Shown piece by piece: positions 25,501 through 40,200 of a DNA stretch of 64,000 bases. A program made the translations under genes and the position numbers. The first letter of the stretch is position 1. Each line of letters opens with the position of its first letter. A model generated the notes under the pieces. It made no database searches. It saw only the letters and a program-made list of their open reading frames with translations, and had not been told where the DNA came from. Source of the DNA: the human T2T-CHM13v2.0 reference genome, Homo sapiens; NCBI RefSeq assembly GCF_009914755.1, contig NC_060933.1; one strand, 5' to 3'.

Positions 25501-28249
25501 TTCCATTCCATTCCGGATGATTCTATTCCATTCCATTCCATTCCGTTCCATTCCATTCAATTCCATTCTCTTCGGGTTAATTCCATTCCATTCCATTCCA
25601 TTCCATTCCATTCCATTCCATTCCATTCCATTGCAATCGAGTTGATTCCATTCCATTCCATTCCATTCCATTCCAGTCATTTCCATTCCATTCCCCTCGG
25701 GTTGACTCCATTCTATTCCTTTCCATTCCATTCCATTCCCTTCCATTCCACTCTGGTTGATTCCATTCCTTTCCATTCCACTCGAATACATTCCCTTTTA
25801 TTCCACTCGGAATGATTCCATTCCATTCCATTCCATTCCTTTCCATTCCATTCCATTCCATTCCATTTCGTTCCATTCCATTTTAATCCGTACCCTTCCA
25901 TTCCATTCCATTCCATTCTATTCCATTCCATTCCATGCCATTCCACTCGGGTTCATTACATTCCTTTACATTCCATTCGGATTGAATCCATTCCATTCTA
26001 TTCGATTCCATTCCATTGCACAGGGTTTGATTCCATTCCATTCCATTCCATTCCATTCCAATCCATTCCAATCCATTCCGTTGACTCCCCTCCATTGCAT
26101 TCCATTCCATTCCATTCCCCTGCACTCGGGTTGATTACATTCCATTCCATTCCCTTCCATTCCGTTCCATTCCATTCCATTCCATTCTATTCGGGTTAAT
26201 TCCATTCCATTCCATTCCATTCCATTCCATTCAATTCCTTTCCATTCCATGGCAATCGAGTTGATTCCATTCCATTCGATTCGATTTTATTCCATTCCAT
26301 TCTATGCCAATCCACTCGTGTTGATTCCATTCCTTTCTATTCCATTCGGGTTGAATCCATTCCATTGCATTCCATTCCATTCCATTCCATTCCATTGCAT
26401 TCGGGTTGATTCCACTCCATTCCATTGCGTTCCATTCCATTCCATACCACCCCATTCCAATCCATTCCATTCCATTCCATTCCACTCGAGTTGATTCCAT
26501 TCCATTCCATTCCATTCCTTTCCGTTCTATTCCATTCTATTCCATTCGGGTGGATTCTATTCAATTCCTTTACACTCCATTGCATTGCATTCCATTCCAC
26601 ACAATTCCATTCCATTCCATTCCATTCCATTACTTTCCATTCCATACCATTTCATTCCATTCCATTCTATTCCTTTCCATTCCATTCCAATCTTGTTGAT
26701 TCCATTCCATTCCATTCCATTCCATTCCATTCCATTCCATTCCATTCCATTACAATCGAGTTGATTCCATTCCATTCCATTCCTTTCCATTCCATTCCAC
26801 TCGGGTTTATTCCATTCTCTTCCTTTCCATTCCATTCCATTCCCTTCCATTCCACTCTGGTTGATTCCATTCCTTTCCATTTCACTCGAATTCATTCCCT
26901 TCTATTCCACTCGGAATGTTTCCATTCCATTCCATTCCATTCCATACCATTCCATTCCATTCCATTCCATTCCATTTCGTTCCATTCCATTCTAATCCGT
27001 ACCATTCCATTCCATTCCATTCCATTCCATTGCACACTTGTTGATTCCATTCCATTCCATTCCATTCCATTCCATTCCATTCCATTCCATTCCTTTCCAT
27101 TCCATTCCGGATGACTCCACTCCATTGCATTCCATTCCATTCCATTCCCCTGCACTCGGGTTGATTACATTCCATTCCTTTCCCTTCCATTCCGTTCCAT
27201 TCCATTCCATTCCATTCTATTCGGGTTAATTCCATTCCATTCCACTCCATTCCATTCCATTCCATTCCATTCCATTCCATTCCATTCCATTTTAATCGAG
27301 TTGATTCCATTCCATTCCATTCTATTCCATTCCATTCCATTCCATTCCATGCCAATCCACTCGGGTTGATTCCATTCCATTCGGGATGAATCCATTCCAT
27401 TCCATTCCATTCCATTCCATTCCATTCCATTCCATTCCATTGCACTCGGGTTGATTCCATTCCATTCCATTGCGTTCCATTCCACTCCATTCCACTCCAT
27501 TCCAATCCATTCCATTCCATTCCATTACAATCGAGTTGATTCCATTCCATTCCATTCCATTCAATTCCATTCCATTCCAGTCCTTTCCATTCCATTCCAC
27601 TAGGGTTGATTCCATACTATTACTTTCCATTCCATTCAATTCCCTTCCATTCACTCTGGTTGATTCCATTCCTTTCCATTCCACTCGAATACATTCCCTT
27701 CTTTTCCACTCGGAATGATTCCATTCCATCCCATTCCATTCCATTCCATTCTATACCATTTCGTTCCATTCCATTTCGCTCCATTCCATTCTAATCCGTA
27801 CCATTCCATTCCATTCCATTCCATGCCATTCCACTCGGGTTCATTCCATTCCTTTCCATTCCATTGGGGTTGAATCCATTCCATTCCATTTCGTTCCGTT
27901 CCATTCGATTACATTCCATTGCACACGGATTGATTCCATTCCATTCCATTCCATTCCATTCCATTCCATTCCATTCCATTCCTTTCCATTCCGGATGACT
28001 CCAATTCATTGCATTCCATTCCATTCCATTCCCCTGCACTGGGGTTTATTACATTCCATTCCATTCCCTTCCATTCCGTTCCATTCCATTCCATTCCATT
28101 CTATTCGGGTTAATTCCATTCCATTCCATACCATTCCATTCCATTCCATTCCATTCCATTCCATTCCATTCCATTCCATTGCAATCGAGTTGATTCCATT
28201 CCATTCTATTCCATTCCATTCCATTCCATTCCATTCCATTCCATTCCAT

Positions 28250-31200
28250 TCCATTCCATGCCATTCCACTCGGGTTGATTTCATTCCTTTCCATTCGATT
28301 CGGGTTGAATCCATTCCATTCCATTCCATTGCTTTCCATTCCATTGCACTCGGGTTGATTCCATTCCATTGCATTCCATTCCATTGCATTCCATTCCATT
28401 CCATTCCACTCCATTGCATTATATTCCATTCCATTCCACTCCATTGCATTCCATTCCATTCCATTCCACTCCATTCCAATCCATTCCATTCCATTCTATT
28501 CCACTCGAGTTGATTCCATTCCATTCCATTCCATTCCATTCCATTCCATTCCGTTCTATTCCGTTCTATTCCATTTGGGTGGATTCTGTTCAATTCCTTT
28601 ACACTCCATTCCATTGCATTCCATTCCTCACAATTCCACTCCATTCCATTCCATTCCATTCCATTCCTTTCCATTCCATACCATTTCATTCCATTCCATT
28701 CTATTCCTTTCCATTCCATTCCACTCTTGTTGATTCCATTCCATTCCATTCCATTCCATTCCATTCCATTCCGTTCCATTCCATTCCATTACATTCGGAT
28801 TTATTCTATTCAATTCCTTTACAGTCCATTCCATTCCATTCCCTTCAGGTTGTTTACATTCCATTCCATTCCATTCCACTCCATTCCATTGCACTCGGAT
28901 TGATTCCATTCCATTCCATTCCATTCCATTCCATTCCATTCCATTCCATTCCATTCCTTTCCATTCCATTCCATTCCATTCCATTCCATTCCATTCCGGA
29001 TGATTCCATTCCATTCCATTCCATTCCGTTCCATTCCATTCTATTTGGGTTAATTCCATTCCTTTCCATTCCATTCCATTCCATTCCATTCCATTGCAAT
29101 CGAGTTGATTCCATTCCATTCCATTCCATTCCATTCCATTCCAGTCCTTTCCATTCCATTCCACTCGGGTTGATTCCATTCTATTCCTTTTCATTCCATT
29201 CCATTCCCTTCTATTCCACTCTGGTTGATTCCATTCCTTTCCATTCTACTCGAAAACATTCCCTTCTATTCCACTCGGAATGATTCCATTCCATTCAATT
29301 CCATTCCATTCCATTCCATTCCATTTCGTTCCATTCCATTCTGTTCCGTACCATTCCATTCCATTCCATTCCACTCGGGTTGATTCCATTCCTTTCCATT
29401 CCATTCGGGTTGAATTCATTCCATTCCATTCCATTCCATTCGATTCCATTCAATTGCACTCGTGTTGATTCCATTCCATTGCATTCCATTCCGTTCCATT
29501 CCATTACTTTCGGATTGATTCCATTCAATTCACTTACGCTCCATTACATTCCATTCCATTCGTGTTGTTTCCATTCCATTCCATTCCATTCCACTCCATT
29601 CGATTGCACTCGGGTTCATTCCATTCCATTCCATTCCATTCCATTCCATTCCATTCTATTCCATTCCATTCCATTCTAATCCGTACCCTTCCATTCCATT
29701 CCATTCCATTCTATTCCATTCCATTCCATGTCATTCCACTCGGGTTCATTCCATTCCTTTCCATTCCTTTCGGATTGAATCCATTCCATTCTATTCGATT
29801 CCATTCCATTGCACACGGTTTGATTCCATTCCATTCCATTCCATTCCATTCCATTCCATTCCAATCCATTCCGGAAGACTCCCCTCCATTGCATTCCATT
29901 CCATTCCATTCCCCTGAACTCGGGGTGATTACATTCCATTCCATTCCCTTCCATTCCGTTCCATTCCATTCCATTCCATTCTATTCGGGTTAATTCCATT
30001 CCATTCCATTCCATTCCATTCAATTCCATTCCATTCCTTGGCAATCGAGTTGATTACATTCCATTCGATTCTATTTTATTCCATTCCATTCCTTGGCAAT
30101 CGAGTTGATTACATTCCATTCGATTCTATTTTATTCCATTCCATTCCATGCCAATCCACTCGGGTTGATTCCATTCCTTTCCATTCCATTCGGGTTGAAT
30201 CCATTCCATTCCATTCCATTCCATTCCATTGCACTCGGGTTGATTCCACTCCATTCCATTGCGTTCCATTCCATTCCATTCCACCCCATTCCAATCCATT
30301 CCATTCCATTCTATTCCACTCGGGTTGATTCCATTCCATTCCATTCCATTCCATTCATTTCCGTTCTATTCCATTGTATTCCATTCGGATGGATTCTACT
30401 CAATTCCTTTACATTCCATTGCATTGCATTCCATTCCACACAATTCCATTCCATTCCATTCCATTACTTTCCATTCCATACCATTTCATTCCATTCCATT
30501 CTATTCCTTTCCATTCCATTCCACTCTTGTTGATTCCATTCCATTCCATTCCATTCCATTCCATTCCATTCCATTCCATTCCATTCTATTCCATTCCATT
30601 CAATTCCATTCAATTCCATTCGATTCCATTGCACTCGGGTTGATTCCACTCCATTCCATTGCGTTCCATTCCATTCCATTCCATTCCAGTCCTTTCCATT
30701 CCATTCCACTCGGGTTGATTCCATTCTATTCCTTTTCATTCCATTCCATTCCCTTCCATTCCACTCTGGTTGATTCCATTCCTTTCCATTGTACTCGAAT
30801 ACATTCCCTTCTATTCCACTCGGAATGATTCCATTCCATTCCATTCCATTCCATTCCATTCCATTCCATTCCATTTCGTTCCATTCCATTCTGTTCCATT
30901 CCATTCCATTCCATTCCATTCCACTCGGGTTGATTCCATTCCTTTCCATTCCATTCGGGTTGAATTCATTCCATTCCATTCCATTCCATTCGATTCCATT
31001 CCATTGCACTCGTGTTGATTCCATTCCTTTGCATTCCATTCCGTTCCATTCCATTCCATTCTGTTCAATTCCATTCCATTACTTTCGGATTGATTCTATT
31101 CAATTCACTTACGCTCCATTACATTCCATTCCATTCGGGTTGAATCCATTCCATTCCATTCCATTCCATTCCATCCCATTCCATTGCACTCGGGTTGATT

Positions 31201-34200
31201 CCACTCCATTCCATTGCGTTCCATTCCATTCCATTCCACCCCAATCCAATCCATTCCATTCCACTCGAGTTGATTCCATTCCATTCCATTCCATTCCATT
31301 CCATTCCATTCCTTTACGTTCTATACCATTCTATTCCATTTGGGTGGATTCTATTCAATTCCTTTACGCTCCATTGCATTGCATTCCATTCCACACAATT
31401 CCATTCCATTCCATTCCATTCCATTAATTTCCATTCCATACCATTTCATTCCATTCCATTCTTTTCCTTTCCATTCCATTCCAATCTTGCTGATTCCATT
31501 CCATTCCATTCCATTCCATTCCATTCCATTCCATTCCATTCCTTAACATTCCATTCCACTCGGGTTGATTCCATTCTATTCCTTTCCATTCCATTCCATT
31601 CCCTTCCATTCCACTCTGGTTGATTCCATTCCTTTCCATTCCACTCGAATTCATTCCCTTCTATTCCACTCGGAATGGTTACATTCCATTCCATTCCATT
31701 CCATACCATTCCATTCCATTTCGTTCCATTCCTTTCTAATCCGTATCATTCCATTCCATTCCATTCCATTCCATTCCATTCCATTCCATTCCATTCCATT
31801 CCATTGCACACGGGTTGATTCCATTCCATTCCATTCCATTCCATTCCATTCCATTCCATTCCATTCCATTCCATTCCGGATGACTCCAATTCATTGGATT
31901 CCATTCCATTCCATACCCCTGCACTCGGGTTGATTACATTCCATTCCATTCCCTTCCATTCCGTTCCATTCCATTCCATTCCATTCTATTCGGGTTAATT
32001 CCATTCCATTCTATTCCATTCCATTCCATTCCATTCCATTCCATTCCATTCCATTCCATTCCATGCCATTCCACTCGGGTTCATTCCATTCCTTTCCATT
32101 CCATTCGGGTTGAATCCATTCCATTCCATTTCGTTCCGTTCCATTCGATTCCATTCCTTTGCACACGGGTTGATTCAATTCCATTCCATTCCATTCCATT
32201 CCATTCCATTCCATTCCATTCCATTCCAGATGACTGCACTTCATTGCATTCCATTCCATTCCATTCCCCTGCACTGGGGTTTATTACATTCCATTCCATT
32301 CCCTTCCATTCCGTTCCATTCCATTCCATTCCATTCTATTCGGGGTAATTCCATTCCATTCCATTCCATTCCATTCCATTCCATTCCATTCCATTCCATG
32401 CCATTCCATTCCATTCCATTCCATTGCAATCGAGTTGATTCCATTCCATTCCATTCCATTCCATTCCATTACATTACATTCCATGCCATTCCAGTCCATT
32501 CCATTGCTTTCCATTCCATTGCACTCGGGTTGATTCCATTCCATTCCATTCCATTCCATTGCATTCCATTCCATTCCATTCCATTCTACTCCATTCCAAT
32601 CCATTCCATTCCATTCCATTCCACTCGAGTTGATTCCATTTCATTCCATTCCATTCCATTCCGTTCTATTCCGTTCTATTCCATTTGGGTGGATTCTATT
32701 CAATTCCTTTACCCTCCATTCCATTGCATTCCATTCCTCACAATTCCATTCCTTTCCATTCCATTCCAATCCTTTCCATTCCATACCATTTCATTCCATA
32801 CCATTCTATTCCGTTCCATTCCATTCCACTCTTGTTGATTCCATTCCATTCCATTCCATTCCATTCCATTACAATCGAGTTGATTCCATTCCATTCCATT
32901 CCATTCCATTCCATTCCATTCCACTCGGGTTGATTCCATTCTGTTCCTTTCCATTCCATTCCATTCCCTTCCATTCCACTCTGGTTGATTCCATTCCTTT
33001 CCATTCCACTCGAATTCATTCCCTTCTATTCCACTCGGAATGGTTCCATTCCATTCCATTCCGTTCCACACCACTCCATTCCATTCCACTGCATTTCGTT
33101 CCATTCCATTCTAATCCGTACCATTCCATTCCATTCCATTCCATTCCATTCCATTGCACACTTGTTGATTCCATTCCATTCCATTCCTTTCCATTCCATT
33201 CCATTCCGGATGACTCCACTCCATTGCATTCCATTCCATTCCATTCCCCTGCACTCGGGTTGATTACATTCCATTCCTTTCCCTTCCATTCCGTTCCATT
33301 CCATTCCATTCCATTCCATTCTATTCGGGTTAATTCCATTCCATTCCATTCCATTCCATTCCATTCCATTCCATTCCATTCCATTCCATTCCATTCCATT
33401 CCATTTTAATCGAGTTGATTCCATTCCATTCCATTCTATTCCATTCCATTCCATTCCATTCCATGCCAATCCACTCGGGTTGATTCCATTCCATTCGGGT
33501 TGAATCCATTCCATTCCATTCCATTCCATTGCATTCCATTCCATTCCATTCCATTCCATTGAACTCGGGTTGACTCCATTCCATTCCATTGCGTTCCATT
33601 CCATTCGCTTCCACTCCATTCCAATCCATTCCATTCCATTCCATTACAATCGAGTTGATTCCATTCCATTCCATTCCATTCAATTCCATTCCATTCCAGT
33701 CCTTTCCATTCCATTCCACTAGGGTTGATTCCATACTATTACTTTCCATTCCATTCCATTCCCTTCCATTCACTCTGGTTGATTCCATTCCTTTCCATTC
33801 CACTCGAATACATTCCCTTCTATTCCACTCGGAATGATTCCATTCCATCCCATTCCATTCCATTCCATTCTATTCCATTTCGTTCCATTCCATTTCGCTC
33901 CATTCCATTCTAATCGGTACCATTCCATTCCATTCCATTCCATGCCATTCCACTCGGGTTCATTCCATTCCTGTCCATTCCATTGGGGTTGAATCCATTC
34001 CATTCCGTTTCGTTCCGTTCCATTCGATTACATTCCATTGCACACGGATTGATTCCATTCCATTCCATTCCATTCCATTCCATTCCATTCCATTCCTTTC
34101 CATTCCGGATGACTCCAATTCATTGCATTCCATTCCATTCCATTCCCCTGCACTGGGGTTTATTACATTCCATTCCATTCCCTTCCATTCCGTTGCATTC

Positions 34201-37200
34201 CATTCCATTCCATTCTATTCGGGTTAATTCCATTCCATTCCATACCATTCCATTCCATTCCATTCCATTCCCTTCCATTCCATTCCATTGCAATCGAGTA
34301 GATTCCATTCCATTCTATTCCATTCCATTCCATTCCATTCCATTCCATTCCATTCCATTCCATGCCATTCCACTCGGGTTGATTACATTCCTTTCCATTC
34401 GATTCGGGTTGAATCCATTCCATTCCATTCCATTGCTTTCCATTCCATTGCACTCGGGTTGATTCCATTCCATTGCATTCCATTCCATTGCATTCCATTC
34501 CATTCCATTCCACTCCATTGCATTCCATTCCATTCCATTCCACTCCATTCCAATCCATTCCATTCCATTCCATTCCACTCGAGTTGATTCCATTCCATTC
34601 CAATCCATTCCATTCTATTCCGTTCTATTCCGTTCTATTCCATTTGGGTGGATTCTGTTCAATTCCTTTACACTCCATTCCATTGCATTCCATTCCTCAC
34701 AATTCCACTCCATTCCATTCCATTCCATTCCATTCCTTTCCATTCCATACCATTTCATTCCATTCCATTCTATTCCTTTCCATTCCATTCCACTCTTGTT
34801 GATTCCATTCCATTCCATTCCATTCCATTGCATTCCATTCCGTTCCATTCCATTCCATTACATTCGGATTTATTCTATTCAATTCCTTTACACTCCATTC
34901 CATTCCATTCCCTTCGGGTTGTTTACATTCTATTCCATTCCATTCCACTCCATTCCATTGCACTCGGATTGATTCCATTCCATTCCATTCCATTCCATTC
35001 CATTCCTTTCCAATCCATTCCATTCCATTCCATTCCATTCCGGATGATTCCATTCCATTCCATTCCATTCCATTCCGTTCCATTCCATTCCATTCCATTC
35101 TATTTGGGTTAATTCCATTCCTTTCCATTCCATTCCATTCCATTGCAATCGAGTTGATTCCATTCCATTCCATTCCATTCCATTCCATTCCATTCCAGTC
35201 CTTTCCATTCCATTCCACTCGGGTTGATTCCATTCTATTCCTTTTCATTCCATTCCATTCCCTTCCATTCCAATCTGGTTGATTCCATTCCTTTCCATTC
35301 TACTCGAAAACATTCCCTTCTATTCCACTTGGAATGATTCCATTCCATTCAATTCCATTCCATTCCATTCCATTCCATTCCATTCCATTTCGTTCCATTC
35401 CATTCTGTTCCGTACCATTCCATTCCATTCCATTCCACTCGGGTTGATTCCATTCCTTTCCATTCCATTCGGGTTGAATTCATTCCATTCCATTCCATTC
35501 CATTCGATTCCATTCAATTGCACTCGTGTTGATTCCATTCCATTGCATTCCATTCCGTTCCATTCCATTCCATTCTGTTCAATTCCATTCCATTACTTTC
35601 GGATTGATTCCATTCAATTCACTTACGCTCCATTACATTCCATTCCATTCGTGTTGTTTCCATTCCATTCCATTCCATTCCACTCCATTCGATTGCACTC
35701 GGGTTCATTCCATTCCATTCCATTCCATTCCATTCCATTCCATTCTATTCCATTCCATTCCATTCTAATCCGTACCCTTCCATTCCATTCCATTCCATTC
35801 GATTCCATTCAATTGCACTCGTGTTGATTCCATTCCATTCCATTCCATTCCATTCCATTCCATGCCATTCCACTCGGGTTGATTTCATTCCTTTCCATTC
35901 GATTCGGGTTGAATCCATTCCATTCCATTCCATTGCTTTCCATTCCATTGCACTCGGGTTGATTCCATTCCATTGCATTCCATTCCATTGCATTCCATTC
36001 CATTCCATTCCACTCCATTGCATTATATTCCATTCCATTCCACTCCATTGCATTCCATTCCATTCCATTCCACTCCATTCCAATCCATTCCATTCCATTC
36101 CATTCCACTCGAGTTGATTCCATTCCATTCCATTCCATTCCATTCCATTCCATTCCATTCCGTTCTATTCCGTTCTATTCCATTTGGGTGGATTCTGTTC
36201 AATTCCTTTACACTCCATTCCATTGCATTCCATTCCTCACAATTCCACTCCATTCCATTCCATTCCATTCCATTCCTTTCCATTCCATACCATTTCATTC
36301 CATTCCATTCTATTCCTTTCCATTCCATTCCACTCTTGTTGATTCCATTCCATTCCATTCCATTCCATTCCATTCCATTCCGTTCCATTCCATTCCATTA
36401 CATTCGGATTTATTCTATTCAATTCCTTTACACTCCATTCCATTCCATTCCCTTCGGGTTGTTTACATTCCATTCCATTCCATTCCACTCCATTCCATTG
36501 CACTCGGATTGATTCCATTCCATTCCATTCCATTCCATTCCATTCCATTCCATTCCATTCCATTCCATTCCATTCCTTTCCATTCCATTCCATTCCATTC
36601 CATTCCATTCCATTCCGGATGATTCCATTCCATTCCATTCCATTCCGTTCCATTCCATTCTATTTGGGTTAATTCCATTCCTTTCCATTCCATTCCATTC
36701 CATTCCATTCCATTGCAATCGAGTTGATTCCATTCCATTCCATTCCATTCCATTCCATTCCAGTCCTTTCCATTCCATTCCACTCGGGTTGATTCCATTC
36801 TATTCCTTTTCATTCCATTCCATTCCCTTCCATTCCACTCTGGTTGATTCCATTCCTTTCCATTCTACTCGAAAACATTCCCTTCTATTCCACTCGGAAT
36901 GATTCCATTCCATTCAATTCCATTCCATTCCATTCCATTCCATTCCATTCCATTTCGTTCCATTCCATTCTGTTCCGTACCATTCCATTCCATTCCATTC
37001 CACTCGGGTTGATTCCATTCCTTTCCATTCCATTCGGGTTGAATTCATTCCATTCCATTCCATTCCATTCGATTCCATTCAATTGCACTCGTGTTGATTC
37101 CATTCCATTGCATTCCATTCCGTTCCATTCCATTCCATTCTGTTCAATTCCATTCCATTACTTTCGGATTGATTCCATTCAATTCACTTACGCTCCATTA

Positions 37201-40200
37201 CATTCCATTCCATTCGTGTTGTTTCCATTCCATTCCATTCCATTCCACTCCATTCGATTGCACTCGGGTTCATTCCATTCCATTCCATTCCATTCCATTC
37301 CATTCCATTCTATTCCATTCCATTCCATTCTAATCCGTACCCTTCCATTCCATTCCATTCCATTCTATTCCATTCCATTCCATGTCATTCCACTCGGGTT
37401 CATTCCATTCCTTTCCATTCCTTTCGGATTGAATCCATTCCATTCTATTCGATTCCATTCCATTGCACACGGTTTGATTCCATTCCATTCCATTCCATTC
37501 CATTCCATTCCATTCCAATCCATTCCGGAAGACTCCCCTCCATTGCATTCCATTCCATTCCATTCCCCTGAACTCGGGGTGATTACATTCCATTCCATTC
37601 CCTTCCATTCCGTTCCATTCCATTCCATTCCATTCTATTCGGGTTAATTCCATTCCATTCCATTCCATTCCATTCAATTCCATTCCATTCCTTGGCAATC
37701 GAGTTGATTACATTCCATTCGATTCTATTTTATTCCATTCCATTCCTTGGCAATCGAGTTGATTACATTCCATTCGATTCTATTTTATTCCATTCCATTC
37801 CATGCCAATCCACTCGGGTTGATTCCATTCCTTTCCATTCCATTCGGGTTGAATCCATTCCATTCCATTCCATTCCATTCCATTGCACTCGGGTTGATTC
37901 CACTCCATTCCATTGCGTTCCATTCCATTCCATTCCACCCCATTCCAATCCATTCCATTCCATTCTATTCCACTCGGGTTGATTCCATTCCATTCCATTC
38001 CATTCCATTCATTTCCGTTCTATTCCATTGTATTCCATTCGGATGGATTCTATTCAATTCCTTTACATTCCATTGCATTGCATTCCATTCCACACAATTC
38101 CATTCCATTCCATTCCATTACTTTCCATTCCATACCATTTCTTTCCATTCCATTCTATTCCTTTCCATTCCATTCCACTCTTGTTGATTCCATTCCATTC
38201 CATTCCATTCCATTCCATTCCATTCCATTCCATTCTATTCCATTCCATTCAATTCCATTCAATTCCATTCGATTCCATTGCACTCGGGTTGATTCCACTC
38301 CATTCCATTGCGTTCCATTCCATTCCATTCCATTCCAGTCCTTTCCATTCCATTCCACTCGGGTTGATTCCATTCTATTCCTTTTCATTCCATTCCATTC
38401 CCTTCCATTCCACTCTGGTTGATTCCATTCCTTTCCATTGTACTCGAATACATTCCCTTCTATTCCACTCGGAATGATTCCATTCCATTCCATTCCATTC
38501 CATTCCATTCCATTCCATTCCATTCCATTTCGTTCCATTCCATTCTGTTCCATTCCATTCCATTCCATTCCATTCCACTCGGGTTGATTCCATTCCTTTC
38601 CATTCCATTCGGGTTGAATTCATTCCATTCCATTCCATTCCATTCGATTCCATTCCATTGCACTCGTGTTGATTCCATTCCTTTGCATTCCATTCCGTTC
38701 CATTCCATTCCATTCTGTTCAATTCCATTCCATTACTTTCGGATTGATTCTATTCAATTCACTTACGCTCCATTACATTCCATTCCATTCGGGTTGAATC
38801 CATTCCATTCCATTCCATTCCATTCCATCCCATTCCATTGCACTCGGGTTGATTCCACTCCATTCCATTGCGTTCCATTCCATTCCATTCCACCCCAATC
38901 CAATCCATTCCATTCCACTCGAGTTGATTCCATTCCATTCCATTCCATTCCATTCCTTTACGTTCTATACCATTCTATTCCATTCGGGTGGATTCTATTC
39001 AATTCCTTTACGCTCCATTGCATTGCATTCCATTCCACACAATTCCATTCCATTCCATTCCATTCCATTAGTTTCCATTCCATACCATTTCATTCCATTC
39101 CATTCTTTTCCTTTCCATTCCATTCCAATCTTGCTGATTCCATTCCATTCCATTCCATTCCATTCCATTCCATTCCATTCCATTCCTTAACATTCCATTC
39201 CACTCGGGTTGATTCCATTCTATTCCTTTCCATTCCATTCCATTCCCTTCCATTCCACTCTGGTTGATTCCATTCCTTTCCATTCCACTCGAATTCATTC
39301 CCTTCTATTCCACTCGGAATGGTTACATTCCATTCCATTCCATTCCATACCATTCCATTCCATTTCGTTCCATTCCTTTCTAATCCGTACCATTCCATTC
39401 CATTCCATTCCATTCCATTCCATTCCATTCCATTCCATTCGATTCCATTCCATTGCACACGGGTTGATTCCATTCCATTCCATTCCATTCCATTCCATTC
39501 CATTCCATTCCGGATGACTCCAATTCATTGGATTCCATTCCATTCCATACCCCTGCACTCGGGTTGATTACATTCCATTCCATTCCCTTCCATTCCGTTC
39601 CATTCCATTCCATTCCATTCTATTCGGGTTAATTCCATTCCATTCTATTCCATTCCATTCCATTCCATTCCATTCCATTCCATTCCATTCCATGCCATTC
39701 CACTCGGGTTCATTCCATTCCTTTCCATTCCATTCGGGTTGAATCCATTCCATTCCATTTCGTTCCGTTCCATTCGATTCCATTCCTTTGCACACGGGTT
39801 GATTCAATTCCATTCCATTCCATTCCATTCCATTCCATTCCATTCCATTCCAGATGACTCCACTTCATTGCATTCCATTCCATTCCATTCCCCTGCACTG
39901 GGGTTTATTACATTCCATTCCATTCCCTTCCATTCCGTTCCATTCCATTCCATTCCATTCTATTCGGGGTAATTCCATTCCATTCCATTCCATTCCATTC
40001 CATTCCATTCCATTCCATTCCATGCCATTCCATTCCATTCCATTCCATTGCAATCGAGTTGATTCCATTCCATTCCATTCCATTCCATTCCATTACATTA
40101 CATTCCATGCCATTCCAGTCCATTCCATTGCTTTCCATTCCATTGCACTCGGGTTGATTCCATTCCATTCCATTCCATTCCATTGCATTCCATTCCATTC

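Noticed and set aside
32165-32185. DUX4-like site TGATTCAATTC (also about 39800, 46408, 56860)
   Set aside because: It mismatches the terminal TTA of the DUX4 consensus and is one substitution from the bulk repeat, so it is expected by chance.
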